Assembly (NCBI GenBank): GCA_951406725.2 | Contig: OX597837.1 | Span: 10,664,001 to 10,728,000 of the forward strand | DNA: 64,000 bases | Direction: 5' to 3' | Origin: Octopus vulgaris | Taxonomy: Eukaryota | Shown here: one piece after another, positions 54,074 to 64,000 of the stretch | Numbering within the stretch: position 1 is the first letter of the stretch | Layout of the letters: each line of letters starts with the position of its first letter | Notes under the pieces: generated by a model | What the model saw: the letters and a program-made list of their open reading frames with translations, nothing else | What the model was told of the DNA's origin: nothing | Database searches by the model: none | Made by a program: the position numbers and the translations under genes

Positions 54074-55224
54074 AGGGTCACGGACCCCTTTGGCTCTTAT
54101 ATTAATCATGTGGCCCCTCATTTAAAACAATCATATTGCATTTTCAGGATAAAATATCTTCAGGAATTTTATTTAAAATATGACTAAAATGTTTTGAGTA
54201 TTGATGGAGCAAAACCATTTTAACAGCAAAGATCTTATGTGGACCCCGAAGGATGATGTATGGAACCCGAAGGGGTCATGTGGACCTCGGTTGAGGACGA
54301 CTAATCTACAACAGCAACAACAACAACAGCAATCTTCATCATAATTACCTTCATTATTGTCGTCGTCATCATCATCATCAAAATCCTTCTCCTCCTCCTC
54401 ATCATCATCGTTATCATCCTCAACACCATCATCATCATCAATATTGTCATCATCATCATTGTCGTCGACGTCGTCGTCATGATGATGATGATGTTGATGA
54501 CGATGATGATTATCACCACCATCATATCCACCAGCACCACCTCCACCATCAATCACCACCGTCATCCTCCTCATCATCATCATCATCATCATCATCATCA
54601 CCATCTTTCCATTATTTCAATTCTATATTTAGTTTCCTTCCTCTTTACTTTTCTTTTTCTTCCTTTCACCATTTCTCCCCCCCCCCTTTTTTTTTCATAT
54701 TTTTCTTTCATATTCATCCCCCGCCTCCTCCTCTTCCTCTCCCTCCTCTTCCTCCTACCCACACTTCGTTTTCTTTCCTTCTTTGTTTTATCTAATTGGT
54801 GCTCGTAAATATCTCGATATTTTATATCCTTTCTTTCTTTCTTCCTGTCTTTCTTTCCTTCTTTCCTTCTTTCTTTCCTTCTTTCTTTCTTTCTTTCCTT
54901 CTTTCTTTCTTTCTTCCTTTCTTTCTTTCCTTCTTCCCTTCTTTCTTTCTTTCTTTCTTTCTTTGTTTTCATTATTTCTATTCTGAGCAATATCACCCGC
55001 AACTAGTACTACTGCTGCTGGCACGACAGTCACCACCACCACCACCACCACCACCACCACCACCACCACCACCACCACCACCACTACCACCACCACCACC
55101 ACCACAACTATTACCACAATAATCACTGTCACTCACACTACAACAACCACCACCACCACCACCACTACTACTGCTATTTGAACCACTACACCCACAAACA
55201 CACCCACCCACACACACACAAACT

Positions 55225-55243
55225 CACTCACAAACACACACAG

Positions 55244-55297
<54 letters not shown>

Positions 55298-55315
55298 TCA
55301 CTCACACACACACAG

Positions 55316-55351
<36 letters not shown>

Positions 55352-55373
55352 TCACACACACACACACACAGAG

Positions 55374-55411
<38 letters not shown>

Positions 55412-55605
55412 TCACTCACACACACACACAGAGTCTCTCTCTCTCTCTCTCTCACACACTCACACACACACACACATAGTCTCCCACTCACACACACACA
55501 CATAGTCTCCCACTCACACACACACACATAGTCTCCCACTCACACACACACACATAGTCTCCCACTCACACACACACACATAGTCTCCCACTCACACACA
55601 CACAC
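55225..55605. repeat. Higher-order (CA)n/(CT)n minisatellite
   Basis: Units such as CACACACACATAGTCTCCCACT repeated about five times. Confidence 0.85.
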
Positions 55606-56410
55606 TCTACCTTGTATACTGGAAAAGCGATGTAGGATGATATTAATAGCAATCACATCAACATCAATAACTCCACCGTCTCCATCACCGCCACCGCAAC
55701 CACCACCACGTCCATCTTCGCTTTCGTCGTCATCATCACTACCACCACCACCACCACTCCCACTGTCATCACCACCGCCACCACCACTACAACCACTTCC
55801 ACCACAACTGCAGCCACCATCACCAACACCGTCACCACCACTCCCACAGTCATCACCACTACTACCACCTCCACCACCAACCACAACCCCTCCACGATCA
55901 TCAGCGCCACCATCACCACCACCATCACCACCACCATCACCACCGCCACCACTACAACCGCCACTACCACAACCGTCACCACCATCACCACCACCACCAC
56001 CATCATTACTATTACCACAAACTTCACATTTCCACAACTACCACCACCACCGTACATACGCAACCGCCACTGCCACCGCAACTACTACTGCCTATGCATT
56101 CCCAGTAACACCACACCAAACCAGTGCCCCATCATGAACATGACAACCACTGCAACTGCCACCACCACCACCACTACTGTATCAAGGACACCGCTACTAC
56201 CACCACCACTACAACTACAACCACCGTCACTACTACTGCCACTACTGACTCTACTACCGCCAATACATCAGCATCATTAGCAGCACCAATATTAATTCTG
56301 CATCATCCTCGGCAATCGCCAGCATTGGTGAGCATTGCCATCGCTATTTCTAAGCTATATCATCATCATCGTCGTCATCACCATCACCATCATCATTATC
56401 GTCGTCGTCG

Positions 56411-56458
<48 letters not shown>

Positions 56459-56513
56459 CCATCATCACGACCATCATCATCATCATTATCGTCATTATCG
56501 TCGTCATCACCAT

Positions 56514-56572
<59 letters not shown>

Positions 56573-56651
56573 CCATCGTCATCACCATCATCATCTTCAT
56601 CATCAGCATCACCATCATCACCAACACCATCGTCATCACCATCATCATCAC

Positions 56652-56683
<32 letters not shown>

Positions 56684-57041
56684 CCATCGTCATCATCATC
56701 ATCATCATCATCATCATTATCGTCATCATCATCTCCATCACCACCACTATCATCAGCATCGACAGCAGCCGCAGCAGCAGCACCACCACCACCACCACCA
56801 CCTCCATCACTACTATCGTATTCATCATCATCATCATCACCAACAACAACACCAGCGGGATGATGGGTGATTATCGTTTGAAGTAAAAAATCATCTTGAT
56901 TAAAAAGGTCACATGACCAGAGAGTTCTTCATCGTTCAAAGATCAAAAATAGGATTGAATCGGAAATCCTACACACACACACTCGACCACCACAAATGCA
57001 TGCGTGTATCAATATGTGTGTGTGTGTGTATAGGTGTATAC

Positions 57042-57085
<44 letters not shown>

Positions 57086-57120
57086 TGTATATATACATGT
57101 ATATATATATATATGTATAT

Positions 57121-57167
<47 letters not shown>

Positions 57168-57177
57168 GTATATATAC

Positions 57178-57212
<35 letters not shown>

Positions 57213-57222
57213 GTATATATAC

Positions 57223-57259
<37 letters not shown>

Positions 57260-57269
57260 GTATATATAC

Positions 57270-57310
<41 letters not shown>

Positions 57311-57339
57311 CGAGAAAGAAGCAACAAGAATGGATAAGT

Positions 57340-57430
57340 TTTTAGTACAATCGTTTCATACAAAGACAGGCTTTATTAAAAGTTGCAAAAATTACAGCAT
57401 ATAAACGTGTCCCGTACTCATCAGCTAAAA
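57340..57430 (-). ncRNA. Hammerhead ribozyme, diverged relative of 58338-58427
   Basis: ttttag-CTGATGA-gtacg...tgtat-GAAA-cgattg-TA-ctaaaa. Confidence 0.75.
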
Positions 57431-57492
57431 TACATGTGAGTTCTCTAGACATCTTAAATTCATTAAAATTGACTTGAATCTTTATTGCTTTT

Positions 57493-57532
<40 letters not shown>

Positions 57533-57584
57533 GTATATATACATGTATATATATATATGGATGTATGTATATAAATATATATAG

Positions 57585-57634
<50 letters not shown>

Positions 57635-57684
57635 GTGTATGTGTATATATATATATACACACATGTGTATGTATATATATATGT

Positions 57685-57740
<56 letters not shown>

Positions 57741-57874
57741 TATATATATATACGTTATACGTTTCGGTGAATAAATTGTCGTCTAAATTACGCAAAAAAG
57801 AAAATAACTCTGACATCTCTTTTAAAAGATATATTTACCAAAGTTACATAAAAATATCTTGAAATACTAAAGAG

Positions 57875-58137
57875 TAAATTTATCCAATAAAATTGGCATT
57901 AACTTCAACCACAGCCTCCAGACGACTTCGGAATATCCTGCAACTCTTCTGGGCGGTGTCCTTGTTTAAGTTGGTGAATTCTACCATAATCCTTGCCTTC
58001 AGTTCATCTTTGGTGTTGCAAGGAGTTTTACTGGCCTATTGCTCACATTCGTCCTACACATAATAATCAACTCCGGGGAGTTAGGAGTCCAGATATTAGG
58101 GACGATGTGGTGGCAGAAAATGTCTGACAGCCATGAT
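57875..58137 (-). mobile_element. Decayed Tc1/mariner-superfamily transposase C-terminus
   Basis: SWLSDIFCHHIVPNIWTPNSPE/DYYV...KTPCNTKDELKARIMVEFTNLNKDTAQKSCRIFRSRLEAVVEVNANFI. Confidence 0.8.
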
Positions 58138-58144
58138 ATGTGTG

Positions 58145-58192
<48 letters not shown>

Positions 58193-58220
58193 AGAAAAAA
58201 GAAACAAATATGGATCAATA

Positions 58221-58310
58221 TTTCGTTACAATTGTTTCGTACGAAGACCACCTTTATTAAGGCTGCAAATATTGCAGCAAATACACGTGACCCGTACTCA
58301 TCAGCCGAAA
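58221..58310 (-). ncRNA. Hammerhead ribozyme (left arm of palindrome)
   Basis: Inverse of 58338-58427 with one stem I mismatch. Confidence 0.8.
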
Positions 58311-58337
58311 AAACATCTGAGTTCTCAAAACATCTTT

Positions 58338-58427
58338 TTTCGGCTGATGAGTACGGGTCACGTGTATTTGCTGCAATATTTGCAGCCTTAATAAAGGTGG
58401 TCTTCGTACGAAACAATTGTACCGAAA
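58338..58427 (+). ncRNA. Intact type-I hammerhead ribozyme with extended stem II
   Basis: tttcgg-CTGATGA-gtacg...(gctgcaa-tat-ttgcagc)...cgtac-GAAA-caattg-TA-ccgaaa; predicted cleavage after 58421. Confidence 0.88.
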
Positions 58428-58572
58428 TATTGATCCATTTTTGTTGCTTTTTTCTTGTTTATAATCACCCCGCATTATCTTATGGTTAATACCATATAGA
58501 TTTCTGGTGCATCTAAGTTAAGTACCTCATTCATGTGAATTCAACAGAACTCACTTGAATCTTAATTGCTTT

Positions 58573-58614
<42 letters not shown>

Positions 58615-59099
58615 CACATAGACACACACACAAACACACAAACACACATGTATATATTCATAAATCGTCTATTGTTTTTTACGACGAGACCAGATATTGC
58701 AGCTCTCGACTCCTCAGAAAACGCTCAAGAGAAAGCCAAAGACTTCTCCGATGAGCGGAAAGTCGCTACATCTGTCCATGTTGTAAAATAACAATTAGCA
58801 CGGAAACTCCTTATTCCCTTTGTAATAATGAATGCTTCCGTATACTGGATTGTTACGGTTATTTGATCAACATTTATCTATTCATCGATCGATCTACATT
58901 TATAACCCCCACCCGCACACAATACGATGGTACAATGGCATCTCATTAAAAGCGATCACTGTGACGCATTCGCCCCAGAGAGTCATGAAATGTCATCTGG
59001 TGCCCCTTCCCTACCCCACCACCTCCTCCTCCAGCCCCTTAAAATATGAAAGCCCTTTCGCCAGGTTGCATGATATCATCGGTACAACTCACATAACCA

Positions 59100-59215
59100 G
59101 CATCACTATGACCGCCATTATTCTCGTTACCATCATCATTGTTGCTATCATCATCATAATCATCATCATCATTTTCGCCATCATCGTCAGCATCAGCATC
59201 GTCATCATCATTATT

Positions 59216-59260
<45 letters not shown>

Positions 59261-59282
59261 TTCACCATCTGCATCATCATCG

Positions 59283-59313
<31 letters not shown>

Positions 59314-59352
59314 AATCATCATCATCATTTTCGCCATCATCGTCAGCATCAG

Positions 59353-59403
<51 letters not shown>

Positions 59404-59574
59404 TTTCGTCATCGTCGTAGTATCATATCGTCGTCATGATTATCATCATAATCATCATTTTCGTCATCATCATCATCATCATTTCGTCAGCGTCATCAAA
59501 TCATTTTTGTCATCATCATCATCATTTCGTCATCATCATCATCATCATTTCGTCAGCGTCATCAAATCATTATT

Positions 59575-59613
<39 letters not shown>

Positions 59614-59707
59614 TTCACCATCTGCATCATCATCGTCATCATCATCATCATCATCATCATCATAATCATCATCATCATTTTCGCCATCATCGTCAGCATC
59701 AGCATCG

Positions 59708-59741
<34 letters not shown>

Positions 59742-59985
59742 AATTTTCGTCATCGTCGTAGTATCATATCGTCGTCATGATTATCATCATAATCATCATT
59801 TTCGTCATCATCATCATCATCATTTCGTCAGCGTCATCAAATCATTTTTGTCATCATCATCATCATTATCGTCATCATCATCCTCCTCCTCATCATCCTC
59901 ATCATCATCCTCATCATCATCATTTCGTCATCGTCATCATCATCACTTTCGTTGACATCATCATCATCATCATCATCGTCATCAC
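59100..59985. repeat. (ATC)n tract with internal higher-order duplications (similar tract at 56360-56850)
   Basis: Direct inspection. Confidence 0.9.
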
Positions 59986-60220
59986 GGTGGCGACGGTGGT
60001 GATAGTGTCGGTTTTGTCGGTAGTGCTGTCGGTGGCGGAGCAGATGATGGTGGTGATGACGGAGGCAGTGGTCATGGTTGGGAAGGAGGAGTGGTGGCCG
60101 CGGCGACGGCGATAGTGTGACACATAATAGAGTACCAGCTAAGTACAGAAATAGGGTTTATTCGCCAAAACCCGTCCTTACCTACTTATTACACAAAATC
60201 GTTATTAATAAAGTTAAGTA

Positions 60221-60434
60221 AAGGCGGCCATCTGGCAGAATTGGCAGCACGCCGGACGAAATGCTTAGCGGCATTTCGTCCGTCTTTACTTTCTCAGTTC
60301 AAATTCCTCCAAAGTCGACTTTATCATTAATCCTTTCGGGATCGATAAATTAAGTACCAGTTACACACTGGGGTCAATATAATCGACTAGTTCCCTCCCC
60401 CAAAACTTCAGAGCTTGTGCATTCAGTAGAAAGG

Positions 60435-60510
<76 letters not shown>

Positions 60511-60890
60511 GGGCGGCAAGCTGGCAGAGACGTTAGCACGCCGGGCGAAATGCGTAGCCGTATTTCGTCTGCCGTTACGTTCTGAGTTCAAATTCCGCCG
60601 AGGTCGACTTTGCCTTTCATCCTTTCCGGATCGATAAATTAACTACCAATTGCGTACTGGGATCGATGTAATCGACTTAATCCGTTTGTCTGTCCTCTCT
60701 CTTTTTAGCCCCTTGTGGGTAGTAAAGAAATAGGTATTTCGTCTGCCGCTACGTTCTGAGTTCAAATTCCCACCAAGGTCGACTTTGCTTTCCATCCTTT
60801 CTGGGTCGATTAAATAAGTACCAGTTGCGTACTGGGGTCGATCTAATCGACTGGCCCCCACTCCTCCAAAATTTCAGGTCTTGTGCCTAC
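60221..60890 (+). mobile_element. Family B monomer (60221-60437, ATT tail) and dimer (60510-60890)
   Basis: Homology to other family B copies; junction GAAATAG|GTATTTCGTCTGCC. Confidence 0.88.
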
Positions 60891-61436
60891 GTCATCATTG
60901 CCTTTGCACAGAATTCTTAGAGCACTGAATTCAGCTACATTGCAGTATTTGTTACGACCCGTTACAATCCAAGTTCAAATCCCACCGTGGTCGGCTTTGG
61001 CTTTTATCATTCCGGGGGTGAACAAACAATGATACCAGTCTTGTAATGGTGTCGGCTCTTCTTCCTTACGTCTCTCTCTCCTCTCTGTCCTTCTTTCCCT
61101 GTCTCTATATGTCTTTCCTCTCTCTCTCCCTCTTTCTCTCATTTCCTCCCTCTCTCCCTTTTTTTTTCTGTCTGTCTGTCTCTCTCTCTCTGACAGAAAT
61201 CGGGTGCACTGAATGACGGCACGGAAAAGGATGGGCTCCGCAAGGCGCAGATGCACGAAACCCACCGCATGTCAAGACGGCGCCCCCCTACAATACCGTT
61301 AGGACTTACGGGGTCCACAATGAAAGGATCCCGAACGCTCCCACGAGCCATTTACTTCCTCTCACCCACGTTGTTTAACTAGAACCGTGCTACCTCGTGT
61401 GTCTAAGACAGCAAAAGTAGCAGCAGCAACAGCAGC

Positions 61437-61483
<47 letters not shown>

Positions 61484-61633
61484 TAGTAGTTGTAGTAGTA
61501 GTAGTGATGTTGGTGGTGGTGGTGGTGGTGGTGGTGGTGGTGGTGGTGGTGGTGGTGGTGGTTGTGGTAATGGTTGTTGTTGTGGTGGTGGTGGTGGTGG
61601 TGGTGGTGGTAGTAGTAGTAGTAATAGTAGTAA

Positions 61634-61682
<49 letters not shown>

Positions 61683-61921
61683 TGTGGTAATGGTTGTGGT
61701 GGTGGTGGTGGTGGTCTTGGTGGTGGTGGTGGTGGTGGTGGTGGTAGTGGCAGCGCCGGCGGCGGCTGCAGTGATTTGTGGAGTGGCATTTTCCGACATC
61801 TTTTTTCCACTCGACTTCATCTTGAACAATGTGTGTATGTATGTATGTATGTATGTATGTATGTATGTATGTATGTGTGTGTGTGCGTGTGTATGTATGT
61901 ATGTATGTATGTATGTGTGTG

Positions 61922-61953
<32 letters not shown>

Positions 61954-62344
61954 TGTACGTATGTATGTATGCATGTATGTGTGTGTATGTGTATGTATGT
62001 ATGTATGTATGTATGTATGTATGTATGTATGTATGTATGTATGTATGTATGTATGTATGTATGTATGTATGTATGTATGTATGTATGTATGTATGAATGT
62101 ATGTATGCGTGTGTATGTATGTATGTGTGTATGTTGTTCAAATTTACAGAAAACAATGGATGAGGACAGGTGTAGGAACAACAAGCAGATGTGTACGTAT
62201 GTATATATATATGCGCGTATGTAGGTATGTACGAGTATGGGTATGTGTGTGTGTGTGTATGCATGCGGGTATGTATACGTGTGAATTCATGTACACACGT
62301 TTGCATATACGTTTGTACGTAAGTTTGTATGTATATATATATAG

Positions 62345-62475
62345 TTCTTTATTACACACAAGGGGCTAAACACAGAGAGGACAAACAAGGACAGACAAAT
62401 GAAATAAGTCGATTACATCGACCCCAGTGCGTAACTGGTACTTAATTCATCGACCCCGAAGGGATGAAAGGCAAA
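62345..62475 (-). mobile_element. Family B 3' fragment
   Basis: Homology to other family B copies. Confidence 0.8.
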
Positions 62476-62992
62476 CGTGAGTACGTTTTGCCTGAGTATA
62501 TGCATGTACGCGTGTATGTATGTTTAGATGGATGGATAGATGAGTGGATAGACGGATGGATGGATGGATGAATGGATGGATGGATGTGTATAGGCACCTA
62601 TGAGTATGCGTGTTTTGTGTACATGTATACATATTATATATGTATGGACCTATATAGGTAGTGCATAAATATGTATGTACATATAATTGTATGTATGTAT
62701 GTATGTATGTATGTATGTGTGTGTGTATACTTGCTCTTTCACTTCCATCCGGTTCGTAGATTCCATACTTACATACGGTGTCCTGTAGAAATCACAGCGA
62801 AAATCGATAGAACAGCTACTGCAGTGCGGTCGATGTAGAGAGAACGGCTTGCGCTGATTGGTTAATAAAAGAGTGACGTCATCGTCGACTCGCTGTGCCG
62901 ACATGTTTAATTCAATCCATGAAAAGCATTATTTTACTGCGTGTGTATGTGTATGCCTGTCTGTGATTGTCTATGCATGCGTGCACGTGTGA

Positions 62993-63049
<57 letters not shown>

Positions 63050-63369
63050 TGTAATTGTTAATGTGTGTCAATGTGAGTGTGTGTATATAAGTACGTGTGT
63101 CATAGGGTGTGTACAGGTGTGTGTTTGGTTTTATCTGAAGGAGGCTGTTTGTAAAAGGAGTTGTCTCGTTAAGCGATTTGTAATTACACATAATAATCCA
63201 TGAATTACTGTCCATCCGTGTATTATACATACATATATAGTGAGACGGACAGGCGGAGAGAGAGAGAGAGAGAGAGAGAGAAACAGGGATAGGTATAGAC
63301 AGATCATCACATTAATAGATATTAATAGATAGATAAATAGATAGTGAGAGAGAGAGAGAGAGATAAATT

Positions 63370-63407
<38 letters not shown>

Positions 63408-63415
63408 GATCGATC

Positions 63416-63469
<54 letters not shown>

Positions 63470-63473
63470 GATC

Positions 63474-63521
<48 letters not shown>

Positions 63522-63571
63522 TAGATAGAGATCGATAGATAGATAGATAGAGATCGATAGATAAATTGATT

Positions 63572-63620
<49 letters not shown>

Positions 63621-63724
63621 ATTGATTGATAGATAGATATTCAGCAAATATGCAATTGATATAAAAATATGGATATGACACACGTGTACATGCGTGAGTA
63701 CATACGTACAAACATATATGTATG

Positions 63725-63781
<57 letters not shown>

Positions 63782-63925
63782 TTTATTGAAATGGATAAAT
63801 GAATTATCTTGTTACGGATTATTCAAAATTTAACCGATACCTGGGTAGCAAAAATCACAACAGAAAAAACACGGTTGAGGTTACGACCATGGGGTGTCGC
63901 CACCGTGCCTTATATATATATATAC

Positions 63926-63997
63926 ACTCTTTACTCTCTTTTTACTCTTTTTACTTGTTTCAGTCATGTGACTATGGCCATGCAGGAGCACCGCCTT
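63926..63997 (-). mobile_element. SINE family A tail
   Basis: (TACTCTTT)n ACTTGTTTCAGTCA...GGAGCACCGCC. Confidence 0.8.
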
Positions 63998-64000
63998 AAG

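Noticed and set aside
55637-56137. Pro/Ser-rich extensin-like ORF
   Set aside because: Degenerate (ACC)n tract; no splice or domain evidence.
58745-58770. CCGATGA-gcg-gaaagt-cgc
   Set aside because: No GAAA or cleavage site follows stem II.
61197-61378. Possible UGA-CGG readthrough or selenocysteine frame (IGCTE*RHGKGW...THVV*)
   Set aside because: The exon itself is unproven and no SECIS element or homology is visible.

Overview
Eukaryotic, extremely microsatellite-rich non-coding DNA. It is probably intronic or intergenic sequence from an Octopus-like cephalopod; this is inferred from the style of the SINE families and is not verified. No intact protein-coding gene is supported, and almost all ORFs in the track are microsatellite or SINE artefacts. 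The window holds dozens of copies of at least four SINE-like families, decayed LINE pieces (RTE, CR1-like, R4/Dong-like RLE, Penelope GIY-YIG), Tc1/mariner fragments, hAT- and Mutator-like MITEs, a non-autonomous Helitron and two minisatellites. The main hidden signal is about 20 minimal type-I hammerhead ribozyme (HHR) motifs, found by eye, belonging to many unrelated short elements. Most have the tiny or palindromic stem III typical of Penelope-like elements. They include inverted HHR pairs, apparent compensatory changes in stem I, a U3-A8 core variant, a recurrent U4C (CCGACGA) core, and one element that joins a tRNA-derived Pol III head to a hammerhead.
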